Shown piece after piece: positions 1 through 11,308 of a DNA stretch of 64,000 nucleotides. How positions within the stretch are numbered: position 1 is the first letter of the stretch; each line of letters opens with the position of its first letter. The stretch is from contig JBHGNT010000006.1 of assembly GCA_043228905.1 (NCBI GenBank), positions 20,708,001-20,772,000 on the forward strand. Reading direction: 5' to 3'. The translations under genes were made by a program, and so were the position numbers. The notes below the pieces were generated by a model. That model was not told the DNA's origin. It saw only the letters and a program-made list of their open reading frames with translations, and searched no databases. Source of the stretch: Azolla caroliniana. Its lineage: Eukaryota; Plantae; Polypodiophyta.

Positions 1-418
1 AGACAAATCAATGTGTGTCACATTACACTGTTATGCAGGAATATACATGCATATATTCACGTCCAACAGAGGCTACACAAGATAGGAAACCTCAATGAGA
101 GGAAAAATTTCAAAGAAATGATTACCATCTTACTCAATATATCTGTCTTGGGACTGGAAACACTCAAGGATGAGAGCACATACATATCCATCAGATAACT
201 TAAAACAAAGCAAACATGTAAAGATTGCTCAAGTGGAAACACGAATGTCTCACTGTATCCATCTTACGACAAGAAACAATTACAGAAGAGTACATATATA
301 AGGCCCTCCTCAATAATATGTCAAACGTTGCAACCACATTACAGTATATGTCTAAACATTCAAAGACTATGGCATACATCAATGTATGTAAATTCTGTAA
401 ACACATGTACATATGAGA

Positions 419-470
<52 letters not shown>

Positions 471-471
471 A
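419..471. repeat. (AT)n / (ACAT)n microsatellite in the putative intron
   Basis: Seen directly. Confidence 0.9.
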
Positions 472-661
472 CAGACGCACATCAAAGTATGTATTTACAT
501 TTTGTAAACACATATACATGCATGCATAGATATATACAAGAACTACCCAATATCATGTGAAACAAGCATATAAAGCTGCTTCAAGCAAAAACATGAGAGT
601 TCGATAAACATATGTATCTGGTGGAGGCATGAACAACAAATATGGAGTGCATAAAGAAAAC

Positions 662-985
662 CTTAATACTCCGGTCGCCGGATGATTGCTCGGATTGAGA
701 TGGGCATCGTGTGCGGGAGCGGGAGCGGAGCTGTGCGATGGTATCCCCGAGCAATGCGAGGACTCCGGCGGTGCACGCGGCCTTCAAGGGGAAACGTAGC
801 TCAGCTCTTTTGGCTCCTCCACCTCCACCTCCACCTCTTCCCACCTCCTCTCCTCCTCCTCCTCCTCCTCCTTCTCCAGATGAGCTGTTGCTGTTATGAG
901 GCGATGTGGGTGTTGAAGGTACAGGGAAGCCTGGTGGGCGCCAGGGTATGCTTCCACTGAACGAGCTCCGGAAGCCTCCATCCAT
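662..985 (-). CDS. First coding exon of an Mpv17/PMP22 (PXMP2/4, SYM1-like) family membrane protein gene; later exons not identified
   Basis: ATG at 985. A Gly-rich N-terminus is followed by RFPLKAACTAGVLALLGDTIAQL, matching the FPLKxAxTAxxLAxxGDTIAQL motif of plant Mpv17/PMP22 proteins. The GC-rich coding sequence ends at ...SIK (AAG|GT donor at 661-660) before AT-rich intron-like DNA. A CT-rich leader lies upstream (1027-1053). Confidence 0.8.
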
Positions 986-2317
986 GGATCACAGGGGAGA
1001 GTGACAAAAAATTGTTCGTAGCTAATGAGAGAGAGAGAAAGAAAGAAAGAAAGATATATTAACGTCTTTTAAGAGGCCAAAATGGCCTATAAGACCGAAT
1101 AAGAGATTACATCTTAAATGTTTTCTTGTCTTTGAGAGAATAAGAGAGAAAGAGAGAATATATATGTATTGAGTAATAGAGAGGTGAGAAAGTTGGGTCT
1201 TGAACCCAAGACCTGAGATATGTAGTTGAAACTTGAATTAAACAAATGAATAAAGTGCCCACATTAGCATATCACCAAATTGAAGAGCATTATGAGAAGA
1301 AATTCTGGCATGCTCTACTCACCTTCATCCTAAAATAAACTTTGTGCATAAGTTCCACACATGTGGGGAAAAAATGAACTTGTTTTCCGCATGTTTCAAG
1401 ATGATGCAAGAGGAGAATGTGGAGCCCCCCGCCCATGGTGTAGCTCTCTCACACTCTCTCTCTCTATGCTCCTAGTCCTTTTACTGTGTGCAGATATGGA
1501 GGCCCGCGTGGACAAGAGAAGTGAATGCTTTGAAGCAAATAAGTTTTCCATGCAATTGAATCTAGAGTTAAAGACTTTCTTTTCGATTGCAATATTGGCG
1601 TCGTAAGCATGTGAGTAGCATTGTTGGTAGATAATCATTATGCAATCTGTACTCAAGTGGTCGCCAATGAACTAAATCTCAAACTTTGTTGTAAGGAGAG
1701 AACTTAAGTGTTCAACCATAATTGATTTTTGAGCATTCAAATGATTGAATGTCGGTCGCAACATGCCTCCTTCAAGTTGGAATTCTTGTTTTCCCATGGT
1801 ATGTGCCAACTTTCTATACAAAACAACATATTATCTCCCCCCAAGGTTGAGAGTTCCTACACACATATTCTAAGAGGTTGAGTCTTTGAAAAATCATATG
1901 ATCTTCCAAATTTAGTAGGGCTACTCCCTCTAAGCACATACTTTAAGTTAATTAGGAAACGTATAAGTTTGAGATTTCCATAAACCAATTTATCCAACAA
2001 TGTAGTATCAGAATTTTGTAGCCCTTGAACACTCAATATGTGAACAAATGGTTCATTGTTTTGAAAAAAATGCCTCTCTAAACTCCTTTCAAGACATTCA
2101 ACAACCAACAAGGTGACAATTCGCAATATTGGGGTTGGGCAAAGTATTGATGAGTTCATTGAAGCTTTAGCAAGGAGGTCGATCTACTCGATTCATGGTC
2201 TCTACTCAAGGAGAAATATTCAATTCCAACATGACATGGATACCGTAATTATAACCACAATGTAGATTCCAACTGATTTGGTAAGAATGTGCACCTTACT
2301 ACACACAATTTACTATT

Positions 2318-2482
2318 TCATGTGAAGTGGCCAAGTGATAACACACTTAATAGTTTATCTCCCATTGTAAAATTGCAATATTCAATACATACCCTCATTT
2401 CTTTCAGAATTAATCCCCACGTACTCATCATAAGATCAGGGAAAACTACAGAAAACGTACTCATGATTAGTTGTGGTTATGC
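2318..2482 (+). repeat. Degraded partial copy of the LTR at 4481-4968
   Basis: Aligns by eye with 4797-4960 (AAGTGG.CAAGTGATAACACACTTAATAG ... CTCATGATTAGT..TGGTTATGC). Confidence 0.65.
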
Positions 2483-2519
2483 CCACAAAATGAACAAATG
2501 AATAAGGTATTCAAGGATC

Positions 2520-3120
2520 GCATTCTGGATATCACCATGCATTTGTTGGATGATATTCCCATAAAAGGATTCTTGGACAAACAAAAAGATAAAACCTTAG
2601 GGGAGGATTGGTGTTAATGATTTGAGGTCAATCACATTACTGATTATAACAAGGTGTTATAAAAACTAACGTGTGTGCATTCATCATTCTCCATTGAAAA
2701 TTTGGCATCTAGGAAATCAAATCTTTTGGTAGTAGGGTATCTTTTTGGGTTGTATGACCATAAAACCTCACCCCCAAAAGCAAATGCCCTACATGAATCA
2801 AAGAAAAGTGTAGGTTGCAAACAAAAGGGGGTTCATGGGAGTGTCCCCATTTATGGAATTTGGATTCGACATTAATACACCCATGTTATCGATCCCTTAT
2901 TGGCAAAAACATATTGAAACAATGCGAAGATTAAAAGGATTAGTACTTGAGAAAACATGCCTACTAGTTAAGAGAGCTAGCTATGGGACATCATATTGGT
3001 GTTCAAGATGGACTAACAACATTTAATACACAAAAAGTTCATCATTGAGACAACTTACTCCAATACTTGTGACATCACCCTATGCTTAGGTGGACAACTT
3101 ATATAAAGTTATAAAATCTT
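2520..3120 (+). pseudogene. Highly degraded RT/RNase H remnant of the FLDD-type (B-like) Gypsy lineage
   Basis: LLDDIPIKG at ~2544-2570. HSSFSIENLASRKSNLLVVGYLFGLYDHKTSPPK aligns with HLTLSGEKSAFGQEEILIVGHLCGPYGRRLSPTK of B1. Many stops and frameshifts. Confidence 0.65.
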
Positions 3121-3186
3121 GAAATTGATGTTTGCAGATTTTTATTGTAAATCCATTAAGAAGTACTAGAAGATGGTGTTGACTCT

Positions 3187-3939
3187 TAGCAATGGGCCCG
3201 GTTTTGGCTCAAACCGAACCGAACCGAAAAACCGTGGCTTAACGGTTTATAGGTTCAAAGATAAATAAACGGTTTGGTTTGGTTTCAAATACTAATCGGT
3301 TTCGGTTCGGTTTTGAATTGACCGGTTTATCGGTTTTTGTTTATGTGGTTCGGTTTAAAGGTTAAAAAATACTCATAAATATTCTCTATAAGCTCTAACT
3401 TTCAACTTTTAATTTTAAACTCTTATTTTAACTTATTAAATTTTATATGTATTATATGTAGAGTCTCCTTTTCATTTATGATGATAAGTTGTGATAAGTA
3501 TGATGATTAAATTTATGATAAGTATAATGATCAAATTTATGATTAGTATGATGACCAAATTTATGATAAGTATGATGACAAATTTTATGATAAGTATGAT
3601 GACAAATTTTATGATAAGTATGATGAATAAATTTATGATGAGTATGATGAATAAATTTATGATGAGTATGATGAATAAATTTATGATGATTTTCTCACAC
3701 AAATTTATAATAAGTATGATGATTAATATCAATAAAAAATGGTTTGGTTTGGTTTTAAATTTTTCGTAAACGGTTTGGTTTCTCCTATTCTTTAAACAGT
3801 TTGGTTTAACGGTTTGGTTTAAATGGCTTCATAAATTTTAAAACAGTTTGGTTCGGTTTTTATTATTAATAAATGGTCTGGTTTGGTTTCAAGGCCAAGA
3901 AACCGAACCGAACCGAAACCGAAACCGGGCCCATTGCTA
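3187..3939. mobile_element. Non-autonomous hAT-type DNA transposon (MITE)
   Basis: 18-bp TIRs TAGCAATGGGCCCGGTTT / AAACCGGGCCCATTGCTA. 8-bp TSD TTGACTCT / TTGCCTCT (7/8). Many subterminal AACCG/CGGTT motifs. No transposase ORF. Confidence 0.85.
3477..3725. repeat. 24-bp minisatellite (~10 units, ATGATAAGTATGATGACAAATTTT-like) inside the MITE
   Basis: Seen directly; it produces the repetitive MISMMxKF and IILIINL ORFs. Confidence 0.9.
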
Positions 3940-4480
3940 TTGCCTCTTACACAACTTACGCAAAAGAACCAACAATTTGCATCAACTCCAAGGGCAGCTA
4001 AGGCATTTGAAAACTTAAAGCATTGTCGTGGAATACGTAGGACCAAAAGGGGACCTCAACGATTGAAGATGAGTTTTCCCTCAATAAGGCACTTGCAATG
4101 GCATCTCCTAAAACTTTTGTGCGTTGCTTACCCTTTCATGGAATGGGCCTTTAAGTTTTGTTAATTCTCTTCGTGGAATGGGTACTTTGTGGATTCAGGG
4201 AACCTTTGTGGATTTGGGGTACCTTCATGGATTGCCTTCATGGAATGCCCCTTCATGGATTTGACGTGCCTTTGTGGATTTCCTTCATAGAAATGGCCAT
4301 TCGCAGATTAGGGCATTTGCATGGATTCGGGGAGCCTTTGTGAAATGCCCCTTCATGGATTGAAGGGGAGCTAGTGGATTGTAAGTCACCCGTGGATTGA
4401 AGGTATTTTCGTGGGTTGAAGGGGCGCACGTGGATTGACGGACCGCTCGTGCTTTGATTGGGCATTCATACATAGATTAG

Positions 4481-4968
4481 TGTTAGAGTATAACTAATTA
4501 ATTAAGCAAAACATAAGGAATTATAGGCCAAAGAAAGGAAAGAAGGGTGCTAAACCACCTGACTACCCTGTAGCAATGAAGTTAGATGGACTCAAACCTC
4601 CTTGATGTCCCATACCATCAAGGGTTCATGCATGTTGTACCTTGGGTCTTGCGGGGATCACATGTGCTTAGATAACAAAAGCCATAACCATAATGTCATA
4701 GTCTTACCATAAATGAAGTCTCCCTTAAAAAAGGTAGCTAGCCTTCTTATATAGGTGGAAACCCTAGACCCCTAGTGTGTTCACACTTGACTACTTTATG
4801 TAAAGTGGTCAAGTGATAACACACTTAATAGTTATCCCGTATCGTATAATTGAATATTACAATTCATACCGTTATTCCATTTAGAACTAACCCACATGTA
4901 CTAATCATAAGATTAAGGAAAGCTATGGAAAACCTATCTCATGATTAGTGATGGTTATGCACGTAACA
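4481..4968. mobile_element. Solo LTR (488 bp)
   Basis: TGTTA...TAACA termini; perfect 5-bp TSD ATTAG (4476-4480 / 4969-4973). Confidence 0.8.
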
Positions 4969-5066
4969 ATTAGGCACTCTTGCTTTGATTAGGAGCTTGA
5001 GTTGATTGGGCACTCATTCTTAGATTGGGCGTTTGTGCTTTGACTAGGTGTACACGCTTTCAAAGC

Positions 5067-5162
5067 ATGCTCGTGCTTTCAAAGTGCACTCTTGTGCTTT
5101 GCAAAGCGTTAATTTCTCATTTGGAGCTTAGATTCATGGTTTGAAAATTGTGGCATGATTCT
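5067..5162 (+). repeat. 96-bp direct repeat flanking Copia A (second copy 41602-41697)
   Basis: ATGCTCG.GCTTTCAAAGTGCAC...CATGATTCT on both sides of the element, about 6 mismatches. Confidence 0.9.
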
Positions 5163-5468
5163 TGTTGGGTTCTTGTTTTGAATCACAAAAACTTTCCCAC
5201 TTTAGGGTTATGAGAGTATTTCTACATAGGGGGAAAAACCCTCCTAAAGAGGGAAAAAATGCCCATGTTGTCCTAAATGTGTTCACACACATCACTATCC
5301 TAAGTGTGTTCACATAACACTGTCCAAAGTGTGTTCACATAACACTGTCCAAAGTGTGTTCACACACATCACTACTGAAATATGTCAACAAATCCCCCTT
5401 GGGAGTGATGCGGTGAACAAGGAGCTAGCACTGATGGCTAAGCAAGTGCCAAGCTATGTGGATAGAGA

Positions 5469-8230
5469 TCAATCCGCAAATGGAAGTAGGCCTAAAGCTT
5501 TGCGGAAAGTTTCAAACTTCTCCCTAGGCAGAGCCTTTGTGAAGAGGTCTGCAATGTTCTCTTGCGTGGGCACATAAGCCAAACTAATCTCTCCAACGGA
5601 GAACCTTTCCTTGACATAGTGATAATGCACCTCAATGTGCTTAGTGCGAGCCTGGAACACAGGGTTCCTTGCAACTGCCATTGCGCTTTGACTGTTAGTG
5701 AAGATGATGGTGGCAGAAGACTGACCAACACCCAAATCAGCTAAAAGGCGTCTGAGCCACACACACTCAACTGTAATTGTGAAAGCTGCCCTATACTCAG
5801 CCTCACAACTAGAAGTGGCTACAATAGGCTTCTTCTTGCTCAACTAAGATATGCATGAGCTACTAAGCATGAAGCAAAAAACACTTGTGAACACACGAGT
5901 GTCATAACAACCAACCCAATCAGAGTCAGAAAAACTATGCAGGTCTGGTGGTAGTGTTCCCCCCTTGGGATAAAACAACCCAAGTGAACGGGTACCACTC
6001 AAGTAGTGAAAGGTGCGCTTAACTGCCTACCAATGCTTAACTCTTGGGCAATGCATAAACTTGCTAATCTGAGAGACAACAAACTGAATATCAGGTCGGG
6101 TTATGCATAAGTAAATCAAGCATCCAACTGCCTGTTGATAGAGAACAACATCAAATGCATCTCCAGCATCATGAAGGCTCAAATGTAAACCTGTCTCCAT
6201 GGGAATGACAACAGATTTACAATCTTCAAGGCCAAAACACTGCAATAATGTGTCAATGTATTTCGATTGACACAATGCTATTCCACCATCAACTTGCATA
6301 AATTGAATGCCCAAATAATGATGCAATTTCCCCAAATCTAACATCTCAAAAGAGGAATGCAAATCAGCCTTAAAGTCAGCAATGTGCTTCTCATTGGGAC
6401 CAGTGAGCAATATATCATTGACATACACAACCATGATAAAAAATACATCATTAGCATGCTTAACGTATAAGGTGCTTTCTGTTGGACTATTCTCAAACCC
6501 AAATGCAATCAAATAGGCATGTATCTTTTCATAGCAAGAACGTGGTGCTTGCTTCAAGCCATATAATGCCTTTCTCAACCTGCACACTTTATGTTCATGC
6601 CCTTTCTGCACAAAACCACATGCCTGAGTTACATACACTTCCTCATGAAGATCACCATTTAGAAATGTTGTTTCAATGTCCAATTGATGTACATTCCAAC
6701 CACGATGAGCTGCAATTGCATAGATGCTACGAACAGTAGTCATACGACAGGTGGGAGCAAAGGTCTCATGAAAATCAATGCCTTTTTCTTGGGCATAACC
6801 TTTCGCAACAAGCCTAGCCTTATACCTATCAACTGTTCCATCAAGTTTTCGCTTCAGCTTATATACCCACTTAGTACCAATAGCCTTCTTGACGGGAGGC
6901 AAGTCACATAAAGACCATGTACTAGTCTTCATAATAACATCATATTCTGATTGCATAACAACCATCCAATTTTCTGAATTTTGTACTTCATCAAAAGAAA
7001 CAGGCTCATTCTCATCACAAAGACTAGGGGCAACCATATCATAACAATCTGATGCAAAATAAGCACTATGATAACCTGAACGAGTACGATATGACAAAGG
7101 AAAATCCAATTTGCTGTCTTGCAAAGTCGGCAACAACCATTCGTCTATATTAGCCCTCTCATTAATAAATGCATCATGTAAGTCTATATCAAAAATAGAA
7201 TGTTCTACATCAGAAATGGAATGATGTGCATCATTATGAGTAGCTTCCAAAGGCTGAGAAGGTGCCTCAAGTGGGCCAACACTTAATTGTCCACTTGTAA
7301 AAAGAGGCAACAAAGTGTCATACAAATCTCTAGAGCTAACCGATGTCTCTTTAGTACATAAAAGAAGTGGCTGAATTGCATCCTCCACAAAAACAACATC
7401 ACGGCTAACCAACATGCGTTTAGATTGTGGATGATACAGACGATAACCTTTACTTTCAGAACTGTATCCTACAAAAATACATTTCACTGCTTTATCATCC
7501 AATTTTTTGTGTTGTTGTTTAGGCACTAATGCATATGCCAAACAACCAAAAACACGTAGATGAGCAACAGATGGCTTTTGGCCATGCCAAGCTTCATATG
7601 GAGTGATAGAGTGTAGTGCTTTAGCGGGACACCGGTTAAGTATATATGCTGCACACATGACAACCTCAAGCTAGAAACTATGTGGTAAAGCTTAACTTTT
7701 GACCATACACCTCGTCATTTCCATGAGTGACCTGTTCTTTATTTCAACAACTCCATTCTGTTGAGGTGTATACGGCATTGTACACTGATGTTTTATCCCA
7801 AGTTCAGCCAAAAATGCATTAAACTCAACATATATATACTCCCCCCCCAATCAGAACAGAGGGTGCCCATTTACATGTTGACAAATTTTCAGTCAAAGTT
7901 AGAAATTGTTTGAAGCACATAAAAACTTCGGACTTTGCCTTCAATGGATATACCCATGCATGCCTAAAAAAGTCATCAATGAAAGTCACAAAGTAAATAT
8001 AGTTCCCAAGAGAATGTGTTTGCATAGGACCACATACATCACTATGAACAAGCTCCAATTTCTGCGTAGCTCTAACTGAACCATCTTTTGGAAAGGATGA
8101 ATGTTGCATTTTGTCCAAAATACAACCTTCACAAACATGCTTCCGAGGTGCCTCAAGTTTGGGCAAGGAGGTCACCATTTGAGATTTCTACAGGCGAAGC
8201 AAACTTGCAAAATTTAGATGACCAAAGCGT
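5469..8230 (-). pseudogene. pol: Copia A pol: integrase, RT and RNase H with stops
   Basis: [65 protein letters not shown]. Confidence 0.9.
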
Positions 8231-8722
8231 TGTCGAGCCTTTCAACTCCGGATCGTTGTGTGAGTCGGGTGGGAACCACTGAGGTTTTGGACTAGGAGAA
8301 AGAAGAATACAATATAAGGCTAGTTATGAATAGGTAGAAGGAGAAGTAAGAAATAAAACTTGTGAATCCCACGAATATATTAGATTGATCAATCCTTGTA
8401 AAATAATCAACAACCCCATACATCTTTCTCTCCTCCTTATATAAGGATAGAAGAGGCTAAGCATAGCTTCATGTTTATTTTCTTCTAAAGTGTTCATGCA
8501 AACTAAATGTGCATGAGTTGCTTTTTACACTATGCTTTTATTTCCTAAATATAATGCTCATGCTCGCTAGATGTGCACAAGTAATTTTTTATTGGTGTAC
8601 ATTTTTCTTATAAATAAAGTATTCACGCATTCTAAAAATGCATGACTTACCTTTTAATAAAGGTAGGCGTAAATAAAGGTCTTATACGTATTAAATCTAT
8701 ATTTGGAACACTTAGGATAAGT

Positions 8723-8775
8723 TAGTACAATAGTAAGGTTGGTGTTTGTCAACGTGGAGGTACAGGGTTTGAATC
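8723..8775 (+). promoter_or_regulatory. tRNA-like A-box/B-box module in B1 LTR U3 (second copy 39300-39352)
   Basis: TAGTACAAT(A/G)GTAAG ... AGGT ... GGTTTGAATC with the same spacing as in B2 and F. Confidence 0.55.
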
Positions 8776-9078
8776 TTGCCCTATGCATGTAACAATCTTT
8801 TCTTTTATTTACAAATTTGTCTCTCCATCCGGTGAGAGACTCTCACCGGCCTTCTTTATCCGGCTCTTGCCGGTTCTTACCGGGTCCTCCTTGCCAGTTC
8901 CTCCTTCATCTGGTTCTCACCGGTTTTCCTTACCGGGTCCTCCTTACCCATCCGGAGGGACAAAAATGCATTTTTCATGTAGTGTGCGAATTACACAACG
9001 ACACTCGCCCCTCCCTCCCCCCCCCCCCCCCCCCCTCCCCCCACATCCTCTGGTATGTGCTGAAGTTCCCGATGCTCA

Positions 9079-11308
9079 TTATTCGCATTCATCCATAGCA
9101 CTCTCCGATTCTCCCCTTATGTCGACTACCGGTGCTTGTCCGGTCATAAGTTCTGTCGGCATATAACCGGTTACGGAGCTATGCGTCATCCGATCCGCCC
9201 ATAGTGCATACGAGAGCATCTGCTGCCAATCCTTCACCCTTCCGTCACAAGCTTTGGCAAGTGCTTTGACGATCGGACTATGTCCTCGTTCGATTTTCCC
9301 GTTGGCCTCCGGATTGTATGCCGTTGTTAGTGTTAACCGAACTCCATGTTTGGTGAAGAATTCCCTAGCTTTATCAGAGTCGAGTTCTCCCCGATCCGCA
9401 ATCACTTGTCCTATGCACCCGTACCTGCAAAACACCTCCTCCAAAAGAAATTGGCATACCACAGAACACGTTTTCCTTCGTAACGCCCGACCTTCTACTT
9501 GGTTTGTGAGATCTTCCGGAGCTAACACCAAGTACTTCTTTTGTCCGATCCCGGTTGGCATGGCTACAATGTCGACCATCCATTTGAAGTTGATTGTCGG
9601 TGAGAATGTCGGATGTAACTCATCTCGGTGTCGAACTCTGGGGTAGCTTTAACATTTCTCGCAGCTTTCCATGAACTCCGCTATATCTTTGTACATATTC
9701 TTCCACCAATATTTTTGTTTGATTTTCACAAAAGTTGCCCATGTTCCTAGATGTCCAACCCAATCGGATTCGTGAAACTCGGACATTATCCAGTTTCGTT
9801 GCTCTTTTGTCCTGACTACCCGAAGTGGTATGCCATCCGGTCTTTTCGGCTCCCTCCATATTAATCCATTTTTCAAGAAGAACTTTTGGACTTGCCTCTT
9901 CTTCCTTCGGATCTCAGCTCTCTTCTCTTTATCGTCCGATGATTCCTCAATCTCTTGTAGCACCTTCCCGATCATCAAGCTTTCTCCTTCGTATTCTTCT
10001 TCTCGGAATTCTCAGATTACGTTTACTCGGTATATGTGCTCCGAAGCAAAGTAGTCTTCAGAAACTTCTTCATTATCGAATTCGGCTATGTCGTCTCCGA
10101 ACCGAGCCCTTGATAGCATATCTGCTACTGCGTTGTCTTTTCCGGAGATGTGTTGTACGTCCGGGTTAAGCGACTTAACATATGCAATCCATCTTAGCAT
10201 AGCCACATCTGGTATCGTGCGACACCGCATCATCCCGAGTATCGGAAGACAATCTGTTTCGATCACTACTTCGGCTCCGATCAAATAATCTTGATTCGAT
10301 GTGATTGCCGACACAACTCCCCATAATTCTCTTTTGACTTGTGCATATCCGCGTTGCCTTTCGTTGAGAACCTTTGCTCCGAATAGGATAAGATATCACA
10401 AACCATCCGAGTTGGCTTGATTGATGACCCATCCGATCCTGGTTGGACTTGTATCAATTGTTACTATGATCGGTCGCTCATAGCTCGACTTCTTAAGTGC
10501 TTCAGCCCTCCCTAGTGTTTTCTTGAGCTTCTTCATGGCTTTGGTGTGTTCCGGTTTCCATTCGAACTTCTTCTCCTTCTGCAATAAGTGATAGAGTGGG
10601 TCCGCAATATGTGCATAGTGCGGAATCCATATGTGATAAAATGCACAAGCTCCAAGAAACCTTCGAACTTTGGATTGTGACTCGCATACTTCTTTCATAG
10701 CTTGAATCACATCGATCTTGGTTGGTGACAGTCTTCGGCCATATGGCCCACATAGATGTCCGACTATCAATATCTCTTCTTGCCCGAATGCCGATTTCTC
10801 CCCGGAAAGTGTTAGGTGCACATCTTCTAACTTTCGATGCACTTTCTCGCAATCACGAATATGGTCGACTATGAACTTTCGGCATCCCCGATCATCCATA
10901 GTTTCATCTTTTTCTTCTACCGCGCATCCTTTCATCGGAATGTCATCTAGGAACGGCTTCGTTATCTACGGAATGCAATCTCGAAGCACCTTGTTCATCG
11001 CGTTCATCATATCTGCAACCGAGTTTGTTGCTCCTTGTGGTATTGTGCACATTCAGACTAATCCTATTGGTGTCTGCATGGTAGTGATGTCTAGGCTCTC
11101 CACGACTAGTTGGAATTGGTCATACCCTGAGTATAGGTCTCTGATGGAGTATATCGCACGACTGGCAAATGCTTCCGCAAATTCGTCCACTATCGGACCG
11201 ACTCCGGAGTTCTGGATCGTAACCTTGTTCACCGGTTGCAAGTCTTGGATAAATCGGAGTGACCCATTCTTCTTCGGAACCATAAACCATCGATTCGAGT
11301 ATGGAGCG
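9079..11308 (-). pseudogene. pol: B1 RT-RNase H-integrase fragments (integrase C-terminus missing relative to B2)
   Basis: DLYSGYDQF, PQGATNSV, PFLDDIPMKG, DTSPT, ETDCLP, NAVADMLSR, DRGELD, NPEANGKIERGH. Confidence 0.9.

Noticed and set aside
581-661. C-terminal part of the 134-aa ORF (VFFMHSIF...)
   Set aside because: Read-through past the GT donor into intron sequence.
1190-1255. Reverse-strand B-box-like hairpin (AGGTCTTGGGTTCAAGACCCAA), possible SINE
   Set aside because: The A-box is too degraded and no TSD or tail is visible. It does show that B-box-like remnants occur in the background.
3472-3769. Repetitive Met/Ile-rich ORFs on both strands; CRISPR-like regularity
   Set aside because: Translation of a 24-bp minisatellite; there are no unique spacers and no cas genes.
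4130-5100. Degenerate CATGGATT and ~18-bp GCTTTGATTGGGCA repeats, possibly an old gag continuing at 41698-41890
   Set aside because: Too decayed to assign boundaries or a product.
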